64,000 bases of DNA from an uncultured Chloroflexia bacterium (GCA_963763775.1 CAVXPZ010000004.1:656467-720466), one strand, 5' to 3'. Counted from the first letter of the stretch, positions 32,371 through 42,115 are shown. A program made the numbers and translations. Notes: generated from the sequence alone by a model not told the origin.

Positions 32371-33177
32371 ATGACCCAGACATCACGAGCCACCGCCAGC
32401 AAGCCAGCCCCGATGGACCCGGAGCGGAAGACCGCCCTCGTCGTCGGTGTGCTCTTCATCCTCACCTTCATCACGTCGATCGCGGCCGTGTTCGCCTACG
32501 GCACGGTCCTCACCGATCCCGACTACGTGACTGGTCCCGGCGCCGACACCGGCGTGTTCGTCGGGGCGTTCCTGGAGCTGTTCCTGATCATCACCAACAT
32601 CGGCTGCGCCGTCGTGCTGTACCCGATCCTGAAGTGGCAGAGCGAGGCGATCTCGCTCGGCTACGTTGCCGCCCGGATCATGGAGTGCACGTTCATCCTG
32701 GTCGGCATCATCGCCGTCCTCGCGGTCGTCTCGTTGCGGCAGGTCGCCGCCAGCGCCGACGCGGGTTCGGTCACCACGCTCGGTACCTCCCTGGTCGACA
32801 TCAAGGACTGGACGTTCCTGCTCGGCCCCGGCTTCGCCGACGGGATCGGGACGGGCCTGCTCCTCGGGTGGCTGATGTACCGGTCGGGCCTCGTGCACCG
32901 TCGCATGGCCCTCTTCGGGGTCATCGGTGGTCCGCTGCTCGCGATCTCCGGCGCCGCCGTGCTGCTGGGCGTGATCCCGCAGGGTTCGTCGGTCCAGGGT
33001 CTGATGACCATCCCGGAGATCATCTGGGAGGCATACCTCGGCCTGTGGCTCACCTTCAAGGGCTTCAACGCGGCGGCCCCGATCCTCGGCCTCGTCCGCC
33101 GCGAACGCGGGATGCGCGAGCAGGCCATCGCTCAGGAGGCGATCGCACCGGCGTACGTGGCCCCCGCCGCGGCCTGA
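32371..33177 (+). CDS. DUF4386 family membrane protein
   Basis: TALVVGVLFILTFITSI, GAFLELFLIITNIG, LGYVAARIME, YRSGLV, WEAYLGLWLTFKGF. Confidence 0.8.
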   Translation: MTQTSRATASKPAPMDPERKTALVVGVLFILTFITSIAAVFAYGTVLTDPDYVTGPGADTGVFVGAFLELFLIITNIGCAVVLYPILKWQSEAISLGYVAARIMECTFILVGIIAVLAVVSLRQVAASADAGSVTTLGTSLVDIKDWTFLLGPGFADGIGTGLLLGWLMYRSGLVHRRMALFGVIGGPLLAISGAAVLLGVIPQGSSVQGLMTIPEIIWEAYLGLWLTFKGFNAAAPILGLVRRERGMREQAIAQEAIAPAYVAPAAA

Positions 33178-33193
33178 AACGTCACAAGAAGGA

Positions 33194-33228
33194 ACGACGG
33201 CCCCGGTGCTCGGCGCCGGGGCCGTCGT
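33194..33228 (+). terminator. Stem-loop after DUF4386 gene
   Basis: ACGACGGCCCCGG...CCGGGGCCGTCGT. Confidence 0.6.
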
Positions 33229-33291
33229 CACGTCCGGATCTCCGACCGCCGAGCCTAGGGCTCATGACGATCAAGCGAAAGGAACGTCTCC

Positions 33292-34267
33292 ATGTCTGAC
33301 CAGGACGACCCGACCGACGCGTACGACGTCGTGATCGTCGGGGGCGGGGCCGCCGGCCTGAATGCCGCCCTCGTCCTCGGCCGCGCACGGCGTCGGGTCG
33401 CCGTCGTCGACGCGGGCGCGCCGCGCAACGCACCAGCCGCCCACATGCAGGGCTTCCTGTCCCGCGACGGGATGCCGCCGACCGAGTTGCTCGCGACGGG
33501 CCGGGTCGAAGTCGGCGGCTACGGCGTCGAGCTGATCGAGGACAACGTCGTCGCGATCGAGGCCGGATTCACCGTGCGGCTCGCCGGCGACCGGGCCCTG
33601 GATGCAAGACGGATCCTGATCGCCACGGGTGTCCGCGATGTCCTGCCGGATATCCCCGGAGTCCGGGAACGATGGGGCCGCGATCTCCTCCACTGTCCGT
33701 ACTGCCACGGGTGGGAGGTCCGCGATCAGCCGCTCGGGGTGCTCGGGACCCGGCCGGACGCCGTCGATCATGCGCTGCTGATCCGCCAGTGGTCCGAGGA
33801 CGTGATCCTCTTCGCCCACACGCTGGATCTCGGCGCCGACGACCTCGGCCGGCTGGACGCGAGGGGCGTGCGGGTCGTGCCGTGGGACCGTCGCCCGCCT
33901 GCTCGTCGAGGACGACCGGTTGACCGGCGTGGGACTCGACGACGGTCGCGTGATCCCGCGTGCGGCCGTGTTCATCCGGCCGACCAACGTCCCACATGCC
34001 GATGGCCTGCTGGCGGGGCTCGGGTGCGATCTCGATGTCGCCGGCTTCCCCGTCGTCGACGGGGCCGGGCGGACCAGCTGCCCGGGGGTCTGGGCAGCCG
34101 GGAACGTGGTCGATCCCCGGTCCCAGGTGATCACGTCCGCCGGCGCTGGCTCAGCGGCGGCGATCGCGATCAACGCGGACCTGGTCCAGGACGACGTCGA
34201 TCGTGCGGTCGAGCTCGGTCGGGCGACATCGGCACCCGACCGCCTACATGACGGGGAACGTCTCTGA
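33292..34267 (+). CDS. Thioredoxin reductase-like NAD(P)/FAD oxidoreductase, frameshift near 33885
   Basis: VGGGAAGL, LIATG, HCPYCHG, TSCPGVWAAGN. Confidence 0.85.
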
Positions 34268-34555
34268 CACGAGGACCGCGGCTCCGCCCGCCAGGACCGG
34301 GCACCCCTTCGCGAGCGAGACTGCTGCGTCCAGGTCGTCGGCCTTGATGATCGAGTAGCCGCTCGGCGCCGACGTCGCGTCCATCACGGACCCGTCCGGC
34401 GAGATGGCCTTCGATCGTGAGATGGGATTGCCGCCGTCGACCAGGGCGTCGCCCAGGGCGCCGAACCAGCTCGTCCAGGCGGCCATGACCTGGTCCTGCT
34501 CCTCCTTGGTCTCGGGCATGCTGCCGCCATGGAACGTGAGCAAGAAGTTCGCCAT
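34244..34555 (-). CDS. YCII-related protein
   Basis: FLLTFHGG...AWTSWFGALGDALVDGGNP...SGYSIIKADDLDAAVSLAKGCP. Confidence 0.75.
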   Translation of the reverse strand: MANFLLTFHGGSMPETKEEQDQVMAAWTSWFGALGDALVDGGNPISRSKAISPDGSVMDATSAPSGYSIIKADDLDAAVSLAKGCPVLAGGAAVLVSETFPVM

Positions 34556-34689
34556 ATCGATCCACCTCCGTGGCCGCGACGCCTTCGCGGCGCAGCCGAC
34601 CTGCCTCCGGCGACCGGATGTCGCCAGTCTTCCGGGAGAACGACGAACGGGCCGCCGCGAATCGACAGCCCTCGCCGAGGATCCCACGC

Positions 34690-34980
34690 TCACATCGCGA
34701 TCGACTCGTAGAGCCGCACGCTCGAGGCATACGGACAGTCGACAAGGAGTGCCTCGGCATCTTCCCGACTCGCGGCGGAGATGATCGCGTAGCCGGTCGC
34801 CGCGACGTCCGTCGACACCAGCTCGCGCGAGCCCGACCGCGTGACCTCGACGCCCGTCCCAAGCGGTGTCCCGCTATCGATGAACCGGTCGCCGACACGG
34901 GCGAACCATGCTTGCCATGCCTCCATGATCTCCGCCTTCGGGTCCCACTGATCGTGGAACAGGACCAGGTACTTCTTCAC
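34690..34980 (-). CDS. YCII-related protein (paralogue)
   Basis: YLVLFH...AWQAWFARVGDRFIDSGTP...TGYAIISAASREDAEALLVDCP. Confidence 0.72.
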   Translation of the reverse strand: MKKYLVLFHDQWDPKAEIMEAWQAWFARVGDRFIDSGTPLGTGVEVTRSGSRELVSTDVAATGYAIISAASREDAEALLVDCPYASSVRLYESIAM

Positions 34981-35333
34981 GGGTCCTCCTGGGTGCTGGG
35001 TGCCGCTCCGGATAGATAGCGGAGCTGGTTCTCGAGGGTTTCCCGCTCGGTCCCCCAGTAGGCGTGGAACTGGCCGAGCCAACCCTGGACATCACGGATC
35101 GCCGCACGGTCGAGTGTCAGGAATGTGGTCCGGCCGAGCTTCCGGCGATCGACAAGACCGGCGGCCTCGAGGACGCCGACGTGCTTGTTCATCGCCGGCA
35201 GCGACAGGCCGACGTCCCGGGCGAGCCGGCTGATCGACGTCGGGTTGTGACCGAGCTGCTGCACCATCGTGCGCCGGTTCCGATTGGCCAGCGCCGCGAA
35301 CCGGCGATCCAGGTCGTCCGGCTCGTCCGGCAC
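34977..35333 (-). CDS. ArsR/SmtB family regulator
   Basis: LDRRFAALANRNRR, SLPAMNKHVGVLEAAGLV. Confidence 0.88.
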   Translation of the reverse strand: MPDEPDDLDRRFAALANRNRRTMVQQLGHNPTSISRLARDVGLSLPAMNKHVGVLEAAGLVDRRKLGRTTFLTLDRAAIRDVQGWLGQFHAYWGTERETLENQLRYLSGAAPSTQEDP

Positions 35334-35349
35334 GTCGTCCTCGCTAACA

Positions 35350-35367
35350 GTTCACCGACCGGTGAAC
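35350..35367. promoter_or_regulatory. ArsR-type operator
   Basis: GTTCACC-GACC-GGTGAAC directly upstream of the ArsR start. Confidence 0.65.
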
Positions 35368-35467
35368 CTTAGTCCGGCGGTGCGTCCAGGTCAAGTCGAT
35401 GGACATGAAGACGGGCGCCTCATGGCGCCCGTCTGAACCGCATCGGTGGCGCGCCGCGGCGCCGAGG

Positions 35468-35737
35468 TCAGGAACGCGTCGTGAACCAGATCGTCGGGGC
35501 CCCTTCGACGCCGGCGTCGTGCATCGCCGCGCGCAGCTCGGGGCTGGCACCGAAGGCCTGGGCCGCCTCGAGCGTCGCGAACTCGTGGCGCACGGTGACG
35601 TCGTTCGGGTTGTCGATGGCCTGGTACACGGCCTGGTCCTGGACGCCGAGCGTCTTCTGGGTCGGCGTGAACCCGTCGTAGACCCGGCGCCAAGCCGCGT
35701 AGTCGGCGACCTCGTGACGAACGAAGAGCGTGGTCAT
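35468..35737 (-). CDS. Small dimeric alpha/beta-barrel (ABM/cyclase-like) protein
   Basis: LFVRHEVADYAAWRRVYD...NPNDVTVRHEFATLEAAQAF...AMHDAGV. Confidence 0.75.
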   Translation of the reverse strand: MTTLFVRHEVADYAAWRRVYDGFTPTQKTLGVQDQAVYQAIDNPNDVTVRHEFATLEAAQAFGASPELRAAMHDAGVEGAPTIWFTTRS

Positions 35738-35815
35738 CGTGATGCCTCCGGCCGGTCAGCGGCGAAGCGCGGACGTCGCACCTCGGCTGTCGCGTCGATC
35801 CTGCTCCTCCAGTCT

Positions 35816-35857
35816 CTGTCATGTCAAGTACTGTCATGTGAGAAGTTGCAAAGACAG
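35816..35857. promoter_or_regulatory. Repeated MarR-type operator sites in divergent promoter
   Basis: CTGTCATGT at 35816 and 35831 (15-bp period) plus inverted TTGCAAAGACAG at 35846. Confidence 0.5.
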
Positions 35858-35880
35858 CCGTCCGTTGCTATGGTGCCCGC

Positions 35881-36354
35881 ATGAGCGACGAGGATGATCC
35901 CGCCCGGCCTGCGGCGCTCTGGAATGACGCCTGGCGCGGCGTGCTCTTCGCCACGTCGAGGACGCTCCAGGTCGCCGAGCCGGAACTCATCGAGCGCGCG
36001 GGTTTCCCGCTGACCTGGCTCGACGTCCTGGCGCAGCTGTATGACGCCCCAGAGAGCGGTCTGCGGATGCAGGAGCTCGAGCAACGCTCGCTCTTCACGA
36101 GGAGCGGGCTGACCCGACTGGTCGATCGGATCGAGGCGGCGGGCCTCGTGCGCCGCGAAGCGGTGCCGGGGGATCGGCGCGGCGTCCGGGTCGTCCTGAC
36201 GCCCGAGGGTCGCCGCCGGCACGACGCGGCATTCGCGGACCACCTCCAGGTCATCGAGCGGGAATTCGGCCGCCGGCTGACCGTCGACCAGCAGCGAGCG
36301 GTCGCCGAGGCCCTGGCGACCTTCTGGCACGACGAACCGCCGACCGGAAGCTGA
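35881..36354 (+). CDS. MarR family regulator
   Basis: LRMQELEQRSLFTRSGLTRLVDRIEAAGLVRR...DRRG. Confidence 0.9.
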   Translation: MSDEDDPARPAALWNDAWRGVLFATSRTLQVAEPELIERAGFPLTWLDVLAQLYDAPESGLRMQELEQRSLFTRSGLTRLVDRIEAAGLVRREAVPGDRRGVRVVLTPEGRRRHDAAFADHLQVIEREFGRRLTVDQQRAVAEALATFWHDEPPTGS

Positions 36355-36413
36355 CCGAAGGACATGGTGTCGATCGCGGAGCCTGGCCGTCCCGGCACGT
36401 CCCAGGGCAGGCC

Positions 36414-37079
36414 GTGACGACCGTCCGCTTGGCCGCGGTCAACGTGGGAACGCCGACCCTGCTCGGCGAGCTCCAGGGCGAGCGTGTCTGGAGCGGGATC
36501 CGCAAGCAGCCGCTGGCTCCGGGCGATCGGACGTGGCTCTCGTGGCTCAACCTCGCGGGCGATGGGCAGGCCGATCTCGACGTCCATGGTGGAACTGACA
36601 AGGCGGTGTACGCGTATCCGTCGGAGCATCTCGCGACCTGGGCCAAGGAGCTGCACGAGGAGCTCGGCGCCGCCCCGTTCGGCGAGAACCTCAGCACGAT
36701 CGGCGCCACGGAGGGCGACGTGCGGATCGGCGACGTCTGGCGATGGGGCGCCGCGACCCTCCAGGTGACCCAGCCGCGCTGGCCGTGCTTCAAGCTCGAC
36801 CTGTTCCGGAGCCGCACCGACGTCGGGCTTCGGTTGCGCTCGACCGGGCGGACCGGCTGGTACCTGCGCGTCCTCGAGCCGGGCGATGTCCCGGTGGCGG
36901 GCCCGATCGAACGGATCGAGCAGGATCCGGCCGGGATCACCGTCCTCGATGCCCACATGGCGATGCTCGATCGGCGGATGTCCCCGGACCGCCTCCGCGA
37001 GGTGGCCGGGCACCCGGCGCTGGCCGAGCAGTGGAAGACCCCGCTTGAGCGTCGCCTGGCATATCTCGGGGCGCGCTGA
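36414..37079 (+). CDS. MOSC domain protein (YiiM-like)
   Basis: SGIRKQP, GDGQADLDVHGGTDKAVYAY, FGENL, QPRWPCFKL, TGWYLRVLEPG. Confidence 0.9.
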   Translation: MTTVRLAAVNVGTPTLLGELQGERVWSGIRKQPLAPGDRTWLSWLNLAGDGQADLDVHGGTDKAVYAYPSEHLATWAKELHEELGAAPFGENLSTIGATEGDVRIGDVWRWGAATLQVTQPRWPCFKLDLFRSRTDVGLRLRSTGRTGWYLRVLEPGDVPVAGPIERIEQDPAGITVLDAHMAMLDRRMSPDRLREVAGHPALAEQWKTPLERRLAYLGAR

Positions 37080-37092
37080 CGGCTGGATTGGG

Positions 37093-37497
37093 TCACGCCG
37101 CACGATCGAGAGCGACCCTCGCCGACTTCGTGTCACCGCTCAACGCGAACCCTGAGCCGATCAGGGACCCGAAGACGATGACCGCGAAGGCGAAGATGCC
37201 CGACATGGATCCGGCGTCCACGCCCCTTCCCAGGACCACGCCGAAACCGACGACGTCGAGGATGATCGGGAGGAGGCCCAGGACGGCCGCCGCCGCGATC
37301 GCGTGGAGATACGTGCCGCCGACACCGATGGCTCGATAGCCGACCCAAGCACCGTAGGACAGCAGGATCGGGGCCAGAACGGCCGGGATGAACGTCGCCC
37401 GCAGATCCGGCCAGATGGCTTCGAGCGCGAAGTGCGTGGCTCCGGTGAGGAGCAGGCTGATGACGGGCCACTTCAGGGTCCGATAGAAGATGTCCAT
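37093..37497 (-). CDS. Hypothetical 4-TM membrane protein
   Basis: Hydrophobic ORF with AAGGAG RBS, divergent from HxlR regulator. Confidence 0.7.
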   Translation of the reverse strand: MDIFYRTLKWPVISLLLTGATHFALEAIWPDLRATFIPAVLAPILLSYGAWVGYRAIGVGGTYLHAIAAAAVLGLLPIILDVVGFGVVLGRGVDAGSMSGIFAFAVIVFGSLIGSGFALSGDTKSARVALDRAA

Positions 37498-37599
37498 GCG
37501 CCGAGGCTCCTTGGGCTTGCCGGTCGCGAGCATCGCGAACCTGCGGCCAGCCTCGACCTCGCAGGACCGTCACCGCTAGTGCGATCGCTGGAGTTGCTG

Positions 37600-37614
37600 G
37601 TGCAAGATCTGCAC
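37600..37614. promoter_or_regulatory. HxlR-type operator
   Basis: GTGCA-AGATC-TGCAC in the divergent intergenic region. Confidence 0.5.
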
Positions 37615-37649
37615 TTGGAACCTCGGCCCGTGCGGAGGACACTGACGTC

Positions 37650-38369
37650 ATGAGATACCAGCAGATCTGCCCGGTGTCCCTCGCCAGCGAGGTCATCGCC
37701 GAGCGCTGGACCCCCCTCATCCTTCGGGAGATCGTCCTGTTCGACCGGCATCACTTCACCGAGATCCAGCACGGGGTCGGGCGGATCTCGCAGAGCCTCC
37801 TGTCGGCGAGACTCCGCACGCTGGAGAGCGCCGGTGTCATCGAGCGGCGACCGAATCCGCTGGGTCGCGGCTGGGAATACCACCCGACCCGCGCCGGACG
37901 GGAGCTCGAGACGGTCCTGAACGAGCTCGGCATCTGGGCGCAGCACTGGCTCGAGCTGCGGCAGGAAGACTGCGATCCGGCCTACCTGATGCAGACGGTC
38001 CACGCCGTCCTCCGGCTGGATCGGTTGCCACGCACCCCACTGACCGTGCGCTTCGAGTTCACCGAGCATCCGAAGATCTACTGGCTGGTCCTCGGTGGCG
38101 AGCAGCCGGAACTCTGCTACTTCGATCCAGGCCGGGAGGCGGAGCTCGTCGTCACCGCCGACGAGCGGGCGCTCGGTGGCGTGCTCCTGGGACGCATCCC
38201 CTTCGCCCAGGCCGTCGGGTCTGGCGACATCCGGCTGGAGGGACCGCCGGCGCTGGTCCGGGCCTTCCCGACGTGGCTCGGCCTGACCCGGTTCGCGAGG
38301 TACGCGCAGCCCCGGCCAGCGAACGCGCCGAGGCCATCGGAACAGGCGGCGACCGTCAGCGTCGCATGA
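37650..38369 (+). CDS. HxlR family winged-helix regulator with SCP2-like C-terminal domain
   Basis: YQQICPVSLASEVIAERWTPLILRE, ISQSLLSARL, WLGL. Confidence 0.88.
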   Translation: MRYQQICPVSLASEVIAERWTPLILREIVLFDRHHFTEIQHGVGRISQSLLSARLRTLESAGVIERRPNPLGRGWEYHPTRAGRELETVLNELGIWAQHWLELRQEDCDPAYLMQTVHAVLRLDRLPRTPLTVRFEFTEHPKIYWLVLGGEQPELCYFDPGREAELVVTADERALGGVLLGRIPFAQAVGSGDIRLEGPPALVRAFPTWLGLTRFARYAQPRPANAPRPSEQAATVSVA

Positions 38370-38387
38370 CCGTTCGCTCGGGGTCGG

Positions 38388-38829
38388 TCACGCGTCGCTT
38401 GACCCTTCGAGGATGAGCTTGAGGCGTTCCGTCGCCTGCACCTCCGCGTCCATGGTCTTCTGGACGGCCCCGCCCATCAGCAGCTTCTTGACGCCGTGCA
38501 GCTCCGCCTCCAGGGCGAAGGTCAGACGTGTCGCTCCGTCGAGCGCCTCGAGGGTGTAGGAGCCGGTCGGCCGGACCGGTCCGGCTGTCGCCTCGAACGC
38601 GAGCCGCGTATCGGGCTCGTAGGCCGTGATCACGTAGTCGGCGTCGATGCGGCGACCACCGGGACCCTTGACGCCCTGCTTGTATCTGGCGCCGACGCCA
38701 CTGCCGGAGACCTGATCGATGTCGAGGATCCCGGACCGCCACTGCGGCCCATTGCGCCCGTCGGCGATGAACGCGAAGACATCACCGATCGGTCGTCTGG
38801 ATCGTGACCTGGTGTCGCGCCTGTGGCAT
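38388..38829 (-). CDS. SRPBCC/polyketide cyclase family protein, frameshift near 38800
   Basis: RPIGDVFAFIADGRNGPQW...GVGARYKQ...ITAYEPDTRLAF. Confidence 0.78.
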
Positions 38830-39018
38830 CACGCACCCCTGTCGGTGCCGCCCGGCCGGCGGTTTGGACGGCACGATACGCCGATGGATCGGCGACCGCC
38901 ATCGCCAGCCGGATCCTGTCCGCGGGTGATCCGAACCTTCAAGGTGACCGAACGCGTGGTCGAGGGCCGGGTCCGAGCGTATCCTCGCGCCGAGCCGCCT
39001 CCACGCATGGTGATCGCG

Positions 39019-40194
39019 ATGCCAGATCGTCCAGAGCCAGCCTGCCTCGTCCTCGCCGACATCAGCGGGTACACGAGCTACCTCGCCGGCGTCGAACTCG
39101 ACCACGCGCAGGACATCCTCGCCGACCTCACCGACGTCGTCGTGAGGACGCTCCGACCCACGTTCCGCCTCGCCAAGCTCGAAGGCGATGCCGCCTTCGT
39201 CTACGTCGTGACGGAGGCCGTCGACGGCTCGATGCTCCAGGACACGATCGAGGGCTGCTACATCGCGTTCCGCCGACGGCTACGGGACATCGCCCAGGCC
39301 TCCCAGTGCGAATGCGACGCTTGCACGTACACCCCCCGGCTCGACCTCAAGTTCGTGGTCCATCACGGCCTGATCGCGCGGCAGCGGATGGCCGGCCGCG
39401 AGGAGCTCGTCGGGCGAGACGTGATCGTCGTCCACCGGTTGCTCAAGAACGACATCCAGGCCACCCTCGGCCTGGGCGCGTATGCCCTGTACACCGACGA
39501 GTGCGTCCGGATGATGGGTCTCGCGGATCCGGCCGCGGCCGGGCTCGTCGAGCATCGCGAGTCCTACGAATTCGTGGGGGACGTGCCCGGGTGGGTCCGC
39601 GACCTCGAGTCCGTGTGGCAGGACGCCGAGGCGAAGGCGACGCGCGCGGTCGCGGCGGCCGATTCCGCGTGGTCGACGTCGTTCGCCTTCGACGGCCCGG
39701 TGGCGGTGGTCTGGGAGTGGGTGACGTCGCCCGCACGCCGCCTGCAGTGGCAGATCGGCGTGGACGAGGTGAACGAGGAGGTAACCGGCGGGCGGCGTGG
39801 CGTCGGGACGACCAACCACTGCGTCCACGGCCGCGACGCGATCGTCGAGGAGATCCTCGCCTGGCGTCCGCCCGAGGTCCTCACCACGCGCTTCCAGATG
39901 CCGATCCCCGGGTTCCCGAAGCTGACGCGGACCGAGATGTTCGAGGCGTCGGCTGACGGCACGACCACATCAGTGACCGTCCGCGTGCAACGACCCACGT
40001 CGGCGAGGGACCGGGCGAAGCTCGAAGAGATCGGGCCGATGCTCACCCATGCCTACGGCGACGGCCTCGCGCTGCTGGCCGAGAAGATCCGCGAAGACCT
40101 CGCTGCACGAGCGGCCGCGGTCGCGGAGGACGGACCCGAACCGGACGTTCCGAGATCCGCGGGGCGGCATCTCACGGCGCCGATCAGTGCGTAG
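39019..40194 (+). CDS. DUF2652 (class III cyclase-like) domain fused to SRPBCC domain
   Basis: LADISGYT, KLEGDA, CECDAC, LKFVVHHG, GRDVIVVHRLLKN; C-terminal VWEWVTSP...GVGTTNHCVHG. Confidence 0.82.
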   Translation: MPDRPEPACLVLADISGYTSYLAGVELDHAQDILADLTDVVVRTLRPTFRLAKLEGDAAFVYVVTEAVDGSMLQDTIEGCYIAFRRRLRDIAQASQCECDACTYTPRLDLKFVVHHGLIARQRMAGREELVGRDVIVVHRLLKNDIQATLGLGAYALYTDECVRMMGLADPAAAGLVEHRESYEFVGDVPGWVRDLESVWQDAEAKATRAVAAADSAWSTSFAFDGPVAVVWEWVTSPARRLQWQIGVDEVNEEVTGGRRGVGTTNHCVHGRDAIVEEILAWRPPEVLTTRFQMPIPGFPKLTRTEMFEASADGTTTSVTVRVQRPTSARDRAKLEEIGPMLTHAYGDGLALLAEKIREDLAARAAAVAEDGPEPDVPRSAGRHLTAPISA

Positions 40195-40245
40195 CCGGCA
40201 GGGGCCACCACGACGCGCGCCAGTCACGGCGAGCGCCGGCGTCGA

Positions 40246-41196
40246 TCACTCGAGGAGGTAGCGCTCGACCACGTTCTCCAGCGGCTCGCCGGCCGCGAAT
40301 CGTCGGACCTGGGCGCCCGCGAGCGCGAAGGCCCGACGGGTGGCACCGGGCGAATTGCCCGCGATGTGCGGGCTCACGAGGACGTTGGGCAGCGACCAGA
40401 GCGCATGCCCCGCGGGCAGCGGCTCCGGGTCGGTCACGTCGAGCACGGCTCGGAGCCGCCCGCGCTCCAGCTCGGCGACCAGCGCCGTCGTGTCGATGGT
40501 CGTACCTCGGCCGGCGTTGACGACCAACGCGCCGTCAGGCAGCAGGCCGAGACGGCGCGCATCGAGCAACCCCGCCGTGTCGGCCGTCGACGGCAGCAGG
40601 TCCACGAGGATCCCTGCGCCGGCGAGCGCGGCGTCGAGGTCGGCCATCGCGACGACGCCGTCCCGCGCCGACCTGGCCACGCCGACGACCTCCACATCGA
40701 ATGGGCGGAGGCGGTCCGCGACGGCCGCGCCGATGGAGCCGTACCCGACGATCACGACCCGCTGACCGGCGAGCTCGTCGGGCTCGAACTCGGTCCAGGT
40801 CGCCTGGGCCTGGGCGTCGCGCGCACGGACGAGGCCGCGCTGCATGGCCAGGATGGCCCCGACGACCCACTCCGCGAGTGGCCCGTCGTAGACCCCGCGG
40901 GCGTTGCAGACCGTCACGTGCGCCGGGACCCGGCCCGCGAGGAAGTCGACGCCGGCGCTCAGCGTCTGGATGACGCGGAGGCGTCCAGAGCTGCCCAGCA
41001 CTCCGAACAGCGGCGCCCGCATCCGCCCCATGGGGATCACGAGGTCGGCGCGCGCGAAGTCCGGGATCGGCCCGTCTTCGAGCGAGACCGGCACCAGCTC
41101 GACGTTCGCCGGCAGGTCGCCCAGCAACGAGCGCTCGGGGACATCCGGCGCGAAGACGACGACGGGTTCGGCGGCGGGTGGCGGCGAACCAGGCAT
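40246..41196 (-). CDS. D-isomer-specific 2-hydroxyacid dehydrogenase
   Basis: QTLSAGVD, VGYGSIG, VNAGRG, LDVTDPEPLP, SPHIAG. Confidence 0.9.
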   Translation of the reverse strand: MPGSPPPAAEPVVVFAPDVPERSLLGDLPANVELVPVSLEDGPIPDFARADLVIPMGRMRAPLFGVLGSSGRLRVIQTLSAGVDFLAGRVPAHVTVCNARGVYDGPLAEWVVGAILAMQRGLVRARDAQAQATWTEFEPDELAGQRVVIVGYGSIGAAVADRLRPFDVEVVGVARSARDGVVAMADLDAALAGAGILVDLLPSTADTAGLLDARRLGLLPDGALVVNAGRGTTIDTTALVAELERGRLRAVLDVTDPEPLPAGHALWSLPNVLVSPHIAGNSPGATRRAFALAGAQVRRFAAGEPLENVVERYLLE

Positions 41197-41251
41197 GCTC
41201 GTGAGTCTAGTGGACGGGCGGGCGCCACCCATGCGGTCCAGAATGGCGCCG

Positions 41252-42115
41252 ATGCCCCGCCTCCGATCGCGTCGCTTCGCGACACCCGACGAGCTTCGAA
41301 CGTTCGTGCACGGCCGCGGCGAGGTCGTGCACCTCGATGAGACAACGGTCGGCCGGGCGACCTACGAGCCCGGCTGGCGATGGTCCGTCGACATGCCGGG
41401 CATCGCCGGCACGGCGACCTGCCAGCTGCACCACCTCGGGTACTCGATCTCCGGGCTCATGCACGTCGTGACCGATGACGGGCAGGAACTCGACATCCAC
41501 CCGGAGTCGGTCTACGAGATCCCGACCGGTCATGACGCGTGGGTCGTCGGCGACGAACCGTGGGTGACGGTGGAGTGGACGAGCGCCAAGTCGTTCGGCG
41601 TGGCGTCCGAAGGACCCGGCGAACGCGTCGTCGCGACCGTCCTGTTCACCGACATCGTGGATTCCACGGCGACCATGGAGCGGATGGGCGATGCGGCGTG
41701 GCGGGATGTGCTGTCCATGCATAACCGCCTGCTGCGCCAGGAGCTCAACGTCTTCCGTGGACGCGAGGTCGCGACCACCGGCGATGGGTTCCTCGCCGTG
41801 TTCGACGGCGCGACCCGGGCCGTTCGATGCGGCGTCGCGATGGCCCGCTCCGCGGAGACGCTGGGGATCGCGATCCGGGTCGGCATCCACACGGGCGAAG
41901 TCGAGTTCGTCGGGCCCGATGCCCGTGGCCTCGCCGTGCATGCCGCGGCGCGCGTCATGTCGGTCGCCGGCGCGGGCGAGGTGCTCGTCTCATCGACGAC
42001 GAGGGACCTGCTGGAGGGCTCGGGGCTCGCGCTCGACGACGCCGGCACCCACGAACTGAAGGGGCTCCAGGGGCCGCGCCATCTGTTCCGGGTCGCCGCC
42101 GCGGCGGAGGGATGA
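41252..42115 (+). CDS. Cupin domain fused to class III adenylate/guanylate cyclase domain
   Basis: EPGWRWS, CQLHHLG, GHDAWVVGDEP; LFTDIVDST, TGDGF, GIHTGEVE, AVHAAARV, HELKG. Confidence 0.85.
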   Translation: MPRLRSRRFATPDELRTFVHGRGEVVHLDETTVGRATYEPGWRWSVDMPGIAGTATCQLHHLGYSISGLMHVVTDDGQELDIHPESVYEIPTGHDAWVVGDEPWVTVEWTSAKSFGVASEGPGERVVATVLFTDIVDSTATMERMGDAAWRDVLSMHNRLLRQELNVFRGREVATTGDGFLAVFDGATRAVRCGVAMARSAETLGIAIRVGIHTGEVEFVGPDARGLAVHAAARVMSVAGAGEVLVSSTTRDLLEGSGLALDDAGTHELKGLQGPRHLFRVAAAAEG

